Shown here: positions 27,744-37,354 of the stretch, one piece after another
How the letters are laid out: each line of letters starts with the position of its first letter
Numbering within the stretch: the stretch's first letter is position 1
From: an uncultured bacterium
GTDB taxonomy: Bacteria > Patescibacteriota > Patescibacteriia > Magasanikbacterales > GWA2-37-8
Length of the DNA stretch: 64,000 nt
NCBI GenBank assembly: GCA_937903605.1
Contig: CALCZC010000028.1
Coordinates: 70,680-134,679 of the forward strand
Reading direction: 5' to 3'
The notes under the pieces: model-generated
Told to the model about the DNA's origin: nothing
What the model saw: the letters and a program-made list of their open reading frames with translations, nothing else
Databases searched by the model: none
Program-made: the position numbers and the translations under genes

Positions 27744-30700
27744 GTGTCGTTCACTCACCTCCACGTCCACAGCCATTACTCGCTTTTGGACGGACTGCCA
27801 AAAATCAAAGAACTGGTAAAGACCGCGAAGAAACGCGGTTTTTCGGCGTTGGCTCTGACTGATCACGGCAATATGTATGGCGCGATTGAGTTTTATGAAG
27901 CTTGTCTCAAAGAAGAAATCAAACCAATCATTGGTATGGAAGGATATATTGCCAGCGGATCGCGATTTGAAAAAAATCCTCAAGATAAATATTTTCATAT
28001 TTTATTATTGGCGGAAAATTATACAGGATATAGAAATCTGATGAAACTTTCATCTCTGGCGCATACCGAAGGGTTTTATTATAAACCGCGCATGGATAAA
28101 GAGTTGTTGCGACAATATAGCGAAGGACTTATTTGCAGTACCGCTTGTATGGGTGGAGAAATCCCGCGAATTTTGCATAAAGAAAACAATTATGAAAAAG
28201 CCAAAGCTACGGCTCTGGAGTATGACGAGATTTTTGGTCGTGGAAATTTTTTCTTGGAACTTCTGGATGTGCCGGCGCTCGAAGGTCAAGCTGAAGTCAA
28301 TAATCAACTTATCCAAATCAGCAAGGAAACCGGGATACCTCTTATCGTGACGCGCGATGTCCACTATCTCAACCCCGAAGACGCGGAAGCTCAAGACACT
28401 TTGACCTGTATTCGCGACGGTAAAACCTTGGAGGATACGGATAGAAATACTATGGTCGGGATGGATTTTTCTCTTTGCGAAGAAAAAGAAATCGCCACGC
28501 GTTTCAAACATGTGCCGGAAGCCATAGAAAACACCGGTAAAATCGCACAGCGAGTAAATCTGGTATTGGAGCTCAACAAATGGCATTTTCCGCCGATTGA
28601 ACTGCCGCCGGGTAAAACCGCCGATGAATATCTCAGAGACGAGGTTTATACCAGATTACCCAAACTCATTGAATTTACAGATACTGTCAAAGAAAGAGCT
28701 GATTATGAACTCGGTATTATTGCTAAAAAAGGTTACTCGCCTTATTTTATTGCCGTAGCCGAATATGTAAATTATGCTCGTGAAAACGGAATCATGGAAA
28801 CCACCAGAGGTTCGGGTGCCGGCTCTATAGTTTCTTACGCCATGGGTATTACGACGGTCAATCCTTTATTTTTTAAACTTCCTTTTGAACGTTTCTTGAA
28901 TCCTTATCGTCCATCGCCTCCGGATATTGATGCGGATTTTGCCGACGACAGACGCGATGAGATGATAGCATATGTGACCAAAAAATACGGCGAGGACAAA
29001 GTGGCACAGATTATCACTTTTGGTACCATGATGGCGCGCGGTGCGATACGAGATGTGGGTAGAGCTTTGGGTTACGCTTATTCTTTTTGCGATCAAGTGG
29101 CCAAACTTATTCCCGCCGGGGCGCAAGGCTTCCAAGTGACTATCGCCAAAGCGCTGGAACTGGAGCCTGACCTCAAAGATTTATACAACAAAAACGCGCA
29201 AGTAAAACGTTTGTTGGATTTGGCACAAAAGATAGAAGGTTGCGCGCGACATACTTCAATACACGCGGCCGGGGTAGTTATTTCACCGACTCCGTTGACC
29301 GATTTCACACCCGTGCAAAGAGAAACCGGCGGGGAAAGGATAGTTACTCAATACGAGATGCACACTGTAGAAGCGGCCGGTGTTTTGAAAATGGATTTCT
29401 TGGGTATCCGCAACCTGTCTATTTTAGGTCGGGCGGTTGAAATTATTGAAAAAACTGCGGGAGTGAAAATAGATGTTTTCAATATCCCTTGGGATGATAA
29501 AAAAACTTATGAAATGTTGGCGCGCGGAGAAACTGTCGGTGTATTTCAGTTGTCTAGCTCCGGCATGACTCGATATCTCAAAGAATTAAAACCAAGTTCT
29601 ATATTTGATATCATGGCGATGGTGGCGCTTTTTCGCCCGGGTCCGATGGCTGTGATTCCGGATTATATCGCGCGTAAACAAAATCCCGATCTCATCAAAT
29701 ATTTGGATCCTCGCATGGAAAGTTATCTTGATCAGTCGCTTGGTTTGATTGTTTATCAAGACGATGTTTTGCTCACGGCCATTAATCTCGCCGGTTACAA
29801 TTGGGAAGAAGCCGATAAATTTCGTAAAGCCATGGGTAAAAAAATTCCCGAAGAAATGGAAAAACAAAAAGAGAAATTTTTCAAAGGTTGCAAAGAAGTC
29901 GGTAAGCTCAAACCGGAACTTATTGAAGAACTGTGGCATCTCATCGAACCGTTTGCAGCCTATGGTTTCAACAAAGCGCACGCCGCCTCTTATGCGGTGG
30001 TAGCTTATCAAACTGCGTATCTCAAAGCCAATTATCCTATCCAATATATGACCGCTATCTTGATAGCCGAAAGCGGGGATATGGATAAAGTGCCGGAAGT
30101 TATTCACGAATGCGAGAAAATGGGGATAAAAGTTTTACCGCCGGATGTGAACCAAAGTTTCAAAAGTTTTGCCATGATTACGCCTGATGACGGCAGTACT
30201 CCCTACATACGTTTTGGACTTAACGGAGTAAAAAATTTGGGCGAACATATTGCCGAAGTTATATATCGTACGCGTAAAGATGGTGGAAAATACCAGACTC
30301 TGGAAGATTTTATCAAACGTGTTAACGATAAAGATCTCAACAAAAAATCTCTGGAAGCGCTCATCAAATGCGGGGCATTGGACGCTTTTGGTTATGATAG
30401 AGGAGTGTTGCTGAATAATATTGAAAATTTGTTGAATTTTATTAAACAAAATAATGAACAAAACAATTCTAATCAAAATTCTCTTTTTGCTGGCAGTAGT
30501 ATCGGTTTTAGCAATAAAATAAAAATCAAAGATGCGCCCCCTGCAACCAAAGAAGAAATGCTAAAGTGGGAAAAAGAATTGCTTGGCGTGTATGTTACCG
30601 CGCACCCGTTTGAATTTTACGCCAAAAAGATGGAAAAATGTTTGACTCCAATAAAAGAATTAACAAATTTAGGTAAAAAACAATGGGTTGTAATTGGCGG

Positions 30701-31214
30701 AATTATTGAATTCGCCAAGAAAAAAATTACGCGTAGCGGTAAAACTATGATGTTTGCAACTATTGGCGATTTGACCGATAAATTGGAGCTTTTGATTTTC
30801 CCAAAAACTTACGAAACCACCAAGGATGTTTGGGTAGAAGGAAGAAATGTTTGTGTGATAGGGCGTACCAGCGAAGAAGAAGGGGATAATAAATTGTTTG
30901 TGGAAAAAGCATATGAGATAACACCGGAAAATTATATGGAGCTTACACAACAATTGGCAATGGGTAAAGAGCTTGGTTCTTCAAACGAAGAAAATAGTTT
31001 AAGAGAAGAAAGTATTACTTTGATTTTAAGTCTTGCGCAAGTCAAAGAAAAAGCCGATGTTATAAAAAGTATTTTGGCTAAATATCCGGGCGATATGCAG
31101 GTTTATCTTCGTGTCGGAGATAAGACGATAAAGACGCAATATCAAATAACATTTGACGATAATCTTAAAAAAGAGTTGGAAGATTTGTTGGGAGAGGGGA
31201 AGATAGTTATATAA
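27744..31214 (+). CDS. dnaE: DNA polymerase III alpha subunit (GTG start)
   Basis: PHP domain start SFTHLHVHSHYSLLDGL. Polymerase core and OB fold. 1156 aa. Confidence 0.9.
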   Translation: MSFTHLHVHSHYSLLDGLPKIKELVKTAKKRGFSALALTDHGNMYGAIEFYEACLKEEIKPIIGMEGYIASGSRFEKNPQDKYFHILLLAENYTGYRNLMKLSSLAHTEGFYYKPRMDKELLRQYSEGLICSTACMGGEIPRILHKENNYEKAKATALEYDEIFGRGNFFLELLDVPALEGQAEVNNQLIQISKETGIPLIVTRDVHYLNPEDAEAQDTLTCIRDGKTLEDTDRNTMVGMDFSLCEEKEIATRFKHVPEAIENTGKIAQRVNLVLELNKWHFPPIELPPGKTADEYLRDEVYTRLPKLIEFTDTVKERADYELGIIAKKGYSPYFIAVAEYVNYARENGIMETTRGSGAGSIVSYAMGITTVNPLFFKLPFERFLNPYRPSPPDIDADFADDRRDEMIAYVTKKYGEDKVAQIITFGTMMARGAIRDVGRALGYAYSFCDQVAKLIPAGAQGFQVTIAKALELEPDLKDLYNKNAQVKRLLDLAQKIEGCARHTSIHAAGVVISPTPLTDFTPVQRETGGERIVTQYEMHTVEAAGVLKMDFLGIRNLSILGRAVEIIEKTAGVKIDVFNIPWDDKKTYEMLARGETVGVFQLSSSGMTRYLKELKPSSIFDIMAMVALFRPGPMAVIPDYIARKQNPDLIKYLDPRMESYLDQSLGLIVYQDDVLLTAINLAGYNWEEADKFRKAMGKKIPEEMEKQKEKFFKGCKEVGKLKPELIEELWHLIEPFAAYGFNKAHAASYAVVAYQTAYLKANYPIQYMTAILIAESGDMDKVPEVIHECEKMGIKVLPPDVNQSFKSFAMITPDDGSTPYIRFGLNGVKNLGEHIAEVIYRTRKDGGKYQTLEDFIKRVNDKDLNKKSLEALIKCGALDAFGYDRGVLLNNIENLLNFIKQNNEQNNSNQNSLFAGSSIGFSNKIKIKDAPPATKEEMLKWEKELLGVYVTAHPFEFYAKKMEKCLTPIKELTNLGKKQWVVIGGIIEFAKKKITRSGKTMMFATIGDLTDKLELLIFPKTYETTKDVWVEGRNVCVIGRTSEEEGDNKLFVEKAYEITPENYMELTQQLAMGKELGSSNEENSLREESITLILSLAQVKEKADVIKSILAKYPGDMQVYLRVGDKTIKTQYQITFDDNLKKELEDLLGEGKIVI

Positions 31215-31268
31215 CTCAAAAGTCAAAACTCAAAAGTCAAAACTTTGGTGTCCCGATAAATCGGGACG
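31214..31268. repeat. R2 repeat, inverted copy of 20834-20888 (CTCAAAAGTCAAAACTCAAAAGTCAAAACTTTGGTGTCCCGataaatCGGGAC)
   Basis: Reverse complement aligns to gtcccgtagggacaccaaagttttgacttttga. Confidence 0.55.
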
Positions 31269-31332
31269 ATTAATTTTAAATTTTTAATTGCAATTTTGCA
31301 TTTTTAATTTTAACTTTTAAATTTTTTGCATT

Positions 31333-32148
31333 GTGCCCGAACTACCTGAAGTTGAAACAATCAAAAGACAGTTGGATAAGCTAACAGCCGGCAAAAAGAT
31401 TGTTTCCGCCGAGTTTTTTGGTCCGCAAAAAATGATAAATTTACCCAAAAATAAATTTTTGAAAATATTGACTGGAGCAAAAATCGTTGGTGTAAATCGT
31501 CGGGCGAAATTATTGATTTTGGAGTTAAATAACGATTATTTTTTACTGACTCATTTGAAAATGACCGGTAAATATCTTTGGAATATGCCCAAAGATAAAC
31601 ACACTCATCTGGTTTTAAGATTAAATGGTAAAAACCAACTTAATTTCAAAGATGTGCGAAAATTCGGTTATTTGAAATTAGTCAAAAAAGAAGAAATGTT
31701 GGAAATTTTGAAAAATACTTATGGTCCGGAACCGCTTGGCAGGGGTTTTACTTTTTCACAATTTGAAAAAATGTTATTACAAAAACCTAAAAGTAAAATA
31801 AAGCAATTATTACTCGACCAAAAATTTATTGCTGGAATTGGTAATATTTATGCCGGAGAAGCTTGTTTTTATGCCAATATTTTACCGGATAGAAAAGTCG
31901 CGACTTTGAAGCGTCAAGAAATTCAAAAATTATTTCAAGGATTAAAAAGTATTTTAACCATGGCGGTTAAATGTGGCGGGACTACGGCGGATGATTATCT
32001 AGATTGTTATGGTAACAGGGGAAATTATGCGGCTAAATTAAAAGTCTACGGACGTAAAGGTTTATCATGTTACAAATGTAAAACTATTTTGCAGGAAAGT
32101 AGACTTGGTGGTAGGGGAACAGTCTATTGTCTCAAATGTCAAAAATAA
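31333..32148 (+). CDS. mutM: formamidopyrimidine-DNA glycosylase (Fpg/MutM)
   Basis: N-terminal PELPEVE with catalytic Pro2 and Glu3. H2TH region. C-terminal zinc finger CYKCKT...CLKCQ. Terminator AATACTCCACTTAAATGGAGTATTTTTTT at 32152-32180. Confidence 0.85.
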   Translation: MPELPEVETIKRQLDKLTAGKKIVSAEFFGPQKMINLPKNKFLKILTGAKIVGVNRRAKLLILELNNDYFLLTHLKMTGKYLWNMPKDKHTHLVLRLNGKNQLNFKDVRKFGYLKLVKKEEMLEILKNTYGPEPLGRGFTFSQFEKMLLQKPKSKIKQLLLDQKFIAGIGNIYAGEACFYANILPDRKVATLKRQEIQKLFQGLKSILTMAVKCGGTTADDYLDCYGNRGNYAAKLKVYGRKGLSCYKCKTILQESRLGGRGTVYCLKCQK

Positions 32149-32176
32149 AAATACTCCACTTAAATGGAGTATTTTT

Positions 32177-33235
32177 TTAACCTATTTCCCAAGTCGGATT
32201 TGCTTGTAGTTTTTTCCAAGGAATAAATTTTTTATTTTTGGCTTTGTAATATCCGGCTACTGCCAGCATGGTGGCGTTATCCATACAATATTTTAATTCC
32301 GGTATTAGCAACAGCACGCCTAAAGGTTTGATTTTTTCTTCCATAGTTTGACGCAATTTGGTGTTAGCTGTGACTCCGCCTCCCATCACAACAGTTTTGG
32401 GTTTATATTTTTTGATAGCGCGAACGGTTTTTTCTGTGAGCACATCAATGATAGCTTGTTCAAAACTTGCGCAAAAATCTTGTAGTTTCTTTTTGTTGTT
32501 AGCTGGATTTTTTTGTAGATGATAAAGTACAGCGGTTTTCAGACCCGAGAAACTAAAGTTGAAATTATCTTGATTGAGCATAGGTCGTGGAAAATCTATT
32601 GCTTTACCATTTCCTTTTTGAGCCAAGATAGAAATTTTTGGTCCACCAGGATAAGAGAGTTTGAGCATTTTAGCAACTTTATCAAAACATTCTCCGGCTG
32701 CATCATCCAATGTCGCGCCGATTAATTTATAATTGCCTGGTTTTTTCATCAAAACGAGTTCAGTGTGCCCACCGCTGACAATCAGAGCCAGAGCGGGATA
32801 TTGTATGGACTTCGGACTTCGGACTTCGGACTTCGCTCGGTTATTTTTTTGAAGTCTGTAGTCTGTAGACTGAAGACCGATCTCCACCGAATGGATATGA
32901 CCTTCGAGGTGATTCACGGAAACCAAAGGTTTTTTTAGGAAGTAAGAAAGATTTCGAGCAGTTTCTACTCCGACAATCAATCCAGTGATAAGTCCTGGAC
33001 CGGAAGCCACAGTTATGATATCCGGTTTTCCTTCTTTGCTTATCTCTTCAACCAAAGGGATAATTTTTTCCGCGTGCATGCGGCCGGCGATTTCCGGTAT
33101 AACTCCGCCGAATTTTTTATGTAAATCTATTTGTGAAGCGGTTTTTTCCGCAATTACAAAAAAACCCTTATTCGAGCATTCGACTAGGGCAACAGATGTG
33201 TCATCACATGAACTTTCAATCGCTAAAATTTTCAT
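32177..33235 (-). CDS. tsaD: tRNA N6-adenosine threonylcarbamoyltransferase TsaD (Kae1/YgjD family), with about 20-aa insertion
   Basis: MKILAIESSCDDTSVALV. HLEGH metal-binding motif. SGGHTELV block. 352 aa. Confidence 0.85.
   Translation of the reverse strand: MKILAIESSCDDTSVALVECSNKGFFVIAEKTASQIDLHKKFGGVIPEIAGRMHAEKIIPLVEEISKEGKPDIITVASGPGLITGLIVGVETARNLSYFLKKPLVSVNHLEGHIHSVEIGLQSTDYRLQKNNRAKSEVRSPKSIQYPALALIVSGGHTELVLMKKPGNYKLIGATLDDAAGECFDKVAKMLKLSYPGGPKISILAQKGNGKAIDFPRPMLNQDNFNFSFSGLKTAVLYHLQKNPANNKKKLQDFCASFEQAIIDVLTEKTVRAIKKYKPKTVVMGGGVTANTKLRQTMEEKIKPLGVLLLIPELKYCMDNATMLAVAGYYKAKNKKFIPWKKLQANPTWEIG
32807..32872. repeat. R4 palindromic element (GGACTTCG x3 ... T-run ... GAAGTCTGTAGTCTGTAGACTGAAGACC) lying in frame inside tsaD
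   Basis: Encodes IGLQSTDYRLQKNNRAKSEVRSPKS between the HLEGH and SGGHT blocks. Homolog at 45429-45488. Confidence 0.55.
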
Positions 33236-33239
33236 AAAA

Positions 33240-33509
33240 TCAATTTAAATACTTTTTGCTTCGAAGAGTTTTTTCCAGTTGAATTTTTAATTCATTGTGA
33301 CCTTTACCGCCTTTAAAAAATAATTCGCGTTTTTTTGCATCATCCCTACTTAAGTATGCTTCGTAATAAATCAATTTCAAAGGTCTTCGAAATTTTGTTG
33401 CTTTTACTAAACCGTTGGAATGGTTTAAATACCTTTGCTTTAAATTATTTGTATAACCAATATACAATTTTTTGTCTTTTTGACTGTATAATATATAAAC
33501 GTAAAACAT
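33240..33509 (-). CDS. GIY-YIG nuclease superfamily protein (UPF0213-like)
   Basis: MFYVYILYSQKDKKLYIGYTNNLKQRYLNHSNG: GIY...YIG spacing plus R and N residues. 89 aa. Confidence 0.8.
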   Translation of the reverse strand: MFYVYILYSQKDKKLYIGYTNNLKQRYLNHSNGLVKATKFRRPLKLIYYEAYLSRDDAKKRELFFKGGKGHNELKIQLEKTLRSKKYLN

Positions 33510-33526
33510 ACCCTCCTAAAGTTTAA

Positions 33527-33649
33527 GGACGCTAAGCGTCCTTTTAAGATTACGTTAATTTAATTGTGGAGTGGGACGCTAAGCGTCCCTATTACAACGC
33601 TCAGCTTAGAGTGGGACGCTAAGCGTCCCGAATACGACGCTAAGCGTCG
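33527..33649. repeat. cluster of four palindromic hairpins GGGACGCTAAGCGTCCC between tRNA-Met and the GIY-YIG gene
   Basis: Copies at 33527-33541, 33573-33589, 33613-33629 and 33636-33649 (GACGCTAAGCGTCG). Confidence 0.6.
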
Positions 33650-33650
33650 T

Positions 33651-33724
33651 GTCAGGGGGGAGAGTCGAACTCCCGACCTAAGGGTTATGAATCCTTCGCT
33701 CTTACCAACTGAGCTACCCTGACA
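33651..33724 (-). tRNA. tRNA with CAT anticodon (elongator Met or Ile2/lysidine)
   Basis: Reverse strand GTCAGGGTAGCTCAGTTGGTAAGAGCGAAGGATTCATAACCCTTAGGTCGGGAGTTCGACTCTCCCCCCTGACA. Acceptor GTCAGGG/CCCTGAC. Anticodon loop TTCATAA. T-arm GGGAGTTCGACTCTCCC. Confidence 0.8.
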
Positions 33725-33946
33725 AATTTTGTTTTATATTTATATCAAAATTGATTTGATTATAAATAACCATTGTCTTCAGGCAAGTCCTGCCCGTCCG
33801 CAGTTCTGCAGGAACGGAGGCGGGAGCTACCCTGACATAAGTGTAAATATTATAGCTTATTTTATGAAAAAGTCAAGACGAGGAGTATCCTTTACAAAAT
33901 AACTATTTTGTGCTAATTTAAAGTAAATAATAATTAAAAATTTTTT

Positions 33947-34588
33947 ATGGAACCATATAATCAAAATGAAGGAGAAAATAAGATTTTTAAGGAAAATTTA
34001 GAAAATCAGGCGATTAAAAAAGAAGAAGCCCCGTTGGTTAATAGCAAGATTCCTAAAATCGTAATATCTCTGATAATTTTCTTGGCCGTTGTCGTTTTAA
34101 TTTTTGTAATAAATAAAGTTATACAAAAAAATGATAAAAATAAGCCTGAAGACGATTATTTAACTTGGAAAAATAATAGCACTACGACGATAGAAGCTGG
34201 GCTGACAACTACAACTTTAGAAACAGCAACTACTACACAGACAGCAGTTAAAAAAACAATTACCAAAAAAATTATCTCTCCTACAAAACCAGCTTCTACT
34301 TCTTTGTCGGCTACAAATGATTATTTGAAAGCGCGAAATACTTACCAAACCTCCGGTTATTATTTTCAGTTCTTAAATTGTAAAGGTACCCCAGGTATTT
34401 TGACGGTTAAAAAAGGCGCCAAATTGATGCTTGATAATCGTGATGATAAAACGAGAAAAATAGTTTTTATCGGTAAGCTTTATAATATCAACGCTTATGG
34501 TTATGTGATAGTTACCGCGGATAAACTTGGTAAACACTATATAACTTGTGATGGTGGTGGTGCAGCGCAAATAACCGTGCAACCATAA
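33947..34588 (+). CDS. hypothetical membrane-anchored Thr-rich protein
   Basis: TM helix IVISLIIFLAVVVLIFVI then a T/A-rich linker (TTTLETATTTQTAV). Terminator ACCCCGCCCtttataaggaGCGGGGTTTTTATT at 34655-34687. Confidence 0.5.
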   Translation: MEPYNQNEGENKIFKENLENQAIKKEEAPLVNSKIPKIVISLIIFLAVVVLIFVINKVIQKNDKNKPEDDYLTWKNNSTTTIEAGLTTTTLETATTTQTAVKKTITKKIISPTKPASTSLSATNDYLKARNTYQTSGYYFQFLNCKGTPGILTVKKGAKLMLDNRDDKTRKIVFIGKLYNINAYGYVIVTADKLGKHYITCDGGGAAQITVQP

Positions 34589-35396
34589 AAATTTAATTTA
34601 GTCATAGTGATCCCGTCCCTAAAATTTGAATTAAATAGAACGACCCCGCCCTTTATAAGGAGCGGGGTTTTTATTAAAAAAATTTTTAATAAAAAAACCG
34701 GCAAAAATGCCGGGTAAAATAGTAATGAGAAAGAATAAGAATTAAGTTTTTAGGTTGTGATAAACAAGGAGGAGAGAGGTGATAATTTCTTGCAGTCAAA
34801 ATTGACGCAAGGAATTATCAAAAGTCTCAACGCTGTTTATAGTTCAACCTTCGATTTTTCGGCAATCGATTTGCCGGCTTTTTTCAGAAATACTAAACTG
34901 TTTTAGACGGAATAAACCGGAAGCAAAGCGCTCTTCAAACGAAAACTTTTTGAAGACAGTTTTCATCTTGGACCTAACGGGTCTTATATCGAAAACTTTT
35001 AGTTAGTTTTCAACTGAAGTTTGACGATTTTCAACCGAGGACATTGCAAGCAAGTTCTCGGCTTATATCGGTTATAAAATAAAAGTTGTTTTTTGGACAC
35101 CTGTCCAGATCATACAGAAGAGGACAAGAAGAGCAAAAAATTTAAGAGAAGAAGAAAATAAAATATTCAAAAATGATTGGAAGGGCAAAAAGACAACTCT
35201 GAACTTAAACTTATTCGGTACTATTTTTTCGGGGGATAAAGAACGAATCAGTTCTAGCTATGCCCCCTGGACATAGCAGAACTTTAGCTAAAAGGTATTA
35301 TATCACAAATTAGCCAAATTTTAAATATGCAAAAACATTTTTGGCTTTATTTTCTCTAATTTTAGAGAAAATTTAGCTTGGGGATAACTTACAAAA

Positions 35397-35430
35397 AAAT
35401 CCGACTCAAGGTCGGATTTTTTTGTTTTAT
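35397..35430. terminator. bidirectional terminator (AAAAAAATCCGACctcaagGTCGGATTTTTTT)
   Basis: Perfect hairpin flanked by an A-run and a T-run, downstream of the minus-strand anti-sigma gene. Confidence 0.6.
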
Positions 35431-35441
35431 TTTAGCTGTTT

Positions 35442-36665
35442 TTATGGTAATTCTATTTCTTTTTGTTTTCTACCAAATAAGAAATAACCGATGATAATCA
35501 GAATACAAATTATAATAATTGTTTTATAAACTGGAATATACAAATTTACTATTTCAAACAAGCTTATAAAACGCAAAGTGATTGTGCCGTTTACCGTTTC
35601 CACGTTATTTATTAATTGTGTGTCTTGTTTACCAAGTTCAATTAAATTATTTTCTACGTTTTTTATTTGATTATCAAAATTTTCCAGATCTTTTTCATGC
35701 TGAGTCATGGTTCTCAATAATTCGGATACAAAATTGTTGTGAGTTTGGCGCGCATCATTTAATTGATCATCTAATTTTTTGGCAGTCTCTTTTTCGGTTG
35801 AAGAAACTGTTTTTCTTTGTTCCACTATATTTTCCATTATTCTTTGTAATCTACTTATTTCTTTATTTAATGAAGCATATTTTTCATCATATTTTTTGAT
35901 ATTGTCCGTGCGTTCCATTTTCAAATTATCCAAAGAGGTACTGGCGTATTCAGTTTGTTGTTCAATATTTTGTTTTTGTCCCAGTAAGTTGGTACTATTT
36001 TCATGGAGAGTAATAAATTTTTCTGGAAACATTTCAGTAACTTCTTCTATAAAAGATTCATAAGTTGATTTTGGTAGAACAAAATTGATGTTGGCGTATC
36101 TTTCATTCAAGTTGGCGCTGTCTATACGACCGTCATAACCGCGAATCATGGTTTTGAGACGAGTGTGCATCTTTTCCACTTTTCTGGTTTTGATATCCAA
36201 ACCAAAATTGGTTTTGAGATATTCGCGTGTATCGGTAATATCTACAGTTTTTGGAGAAGGAAAACGAAAAGATTCTGTATATTCGGAAACAGTATTTACT
36301 ATTTTTTCCGATAACGATTCTGATTCACCCAATCCGACGTGAGAGGCGGCCATTATCCCAAAGTCTCCTCCGGCTCCAGCTATATTAGATTCTGATGTCA
36401 ATCCTGTATCAAATTGATTTTCTACATAACTGATAGGAATTTCTCTCATTGTTTTGTTATAGCTTATCATCAGAAGTACTGCCAAAGCCGGCACAGCGGC
36501 AACCATTAGCCAACGCCAGGTAAAATGGTGTTTAGTTTTTGTTTCTTCCAAAGTTGGGCGTAGTGAATCTAGCACATTTTGTTTGATAATATCATTGTTG
36601 GGAGAAATTTTTTGAGATTTTTTTCCCCAACGTGTCAAATTGTCGGATATTTTTTTGTAAAACAT
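35442..36665 (-). CDS. putative anti-sigma factor / membrane protein (cytoplasmic N-domain, TM, extracytoplasmic domain, C-terminal coiled coil and TM)
   Basis: Located immediately downstream of the ECF sigma gene on the same strand. TM WRWLMVAAVPALAVLLMISY. Heptad-rich C-terminus. Confidence 0.5.
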   Translation of the reverse strand: MFYKKISDNLTRWGKKSQKISPNNDIIKQNVLDSLRPTLEETKTKHHFTWRWLMVAAVPALAVLLMISYNKTMREIPISYVENQFDTGLTSESNIAGAGGDFGIMAASHVGLGESESLSEKIVNTVSEYTESFRFPSPKTVDITDTREYLKTNFGLDIKTRKVEKMHTRLKTMIRGYDGRIDSANLNERYANINFVLPKSTYESFIEEVTEMFPEKFITLHENSTNLLGQKQNIEQQTEYASTSLDNLKMERTDNIKKYDEKYASLNKEISRLQRIMENIVEQRKTVSSTEKETAKKLDDQLNDARQTHNNFVSELLRTMTQHEKDLENFDNQIKNVENNLIELGKQDTQLINNVETVNGTITLRFISLFEIVNLYIPVYKTIIIICILIIIGYFLFGRKQKEIELP

Positions 36666-36689
36666 ATAATTGAGATTTTAGATCAATAT

Positions 36690-37217
36690 TTATATTACCG
36701 CTTTAGCTCTAGAGAGAGCCCGAAAAACTCGGACACGAGCGGTGATAGGGGATAGATTTAATATTTGTGCGACTTCTTTGAATGAAAATTCGGAAATATA
36801 ACGTAGTCTCAAAATTTCTTTATCATCTTGTGGAAGTTTTTCCAAAATTTCATCTACAAATATTTTGTCATTTAGATTTTCTCTGGCGATAAGATGATCA
36901 GGCACTTTTTCTGTTTCATCATTTTCTTCCAAAACCACAGTTTTGTTATTTTTGCGCCAATGCTGTCGGCATTCGTTGCGGGCGATAGCAAAAAGCCAAG
37001 CGCTAAATTTGACCCCTTTGGGTTCAAATTTGTGAAGCGATGTTATGGCTTTGAGCCAGGTTTCCTGCAGGATGTCATCGGCCAAAGCATTATCACGCAA
37101 TGTGTTTACCAGATAGCCGTAAAGTTTTGGGGTGATATCGTCCCAAAGCAAGGATACGGCGTTTTTACTGCCGGCTTTGGCGTTTTCCACCAAAGACAGC
37201 TCTTCTTTTAGGGTCAT
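36690..37217 (-). CDS. ECF (sigma-70 family group IV) RNA polymerase sigma factor
   Basis: Region 2 ILQETWLKAITSLHKF. Region 4 HTH RLRYISEFSFKEVAQILNLSPITARVRVFRALSR. 175 aa. Confidence 0.8.
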   Translation of the reverse strand: MTLKEELSLVENAKAGSKNAVSLLWDDITPKLYGYLVNTLRDNALADDILQETWLKAITSLHKFEPKGVKFSAWLFAIARNECRQHWRKNNKTVVLEENDETEKVPDHLIARENLNDKIFVDEILEKLPQDDKEILRLRYISEFSFKEVAQILNLSPITARVRVFRALSRAKAVI

Positions 37218-37307
37218 AGATTGGTAGGGGTTAAATTTGTATTTTACTACAAAAGTATAATACAGTAGGGTAGGTGAATGTTACAAGTTACGATCCTTGT
37301 TTTAATC

Positions 37308-37335
37308 TTGACATTTTTTATATTTATGGTATAAT
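37308..37335 (+). promoter_or_regulatory. consensus promoter TTGACA-N16-TATAAT driving tRNA-Glu
   Basis: cttgacattttttatatttatggtataat, about 20 nt upstream of the tRNA 5' end. Confidence 0.6.
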
Positions 37336-37354
37336 AGCCCTCGACAATTTATTT

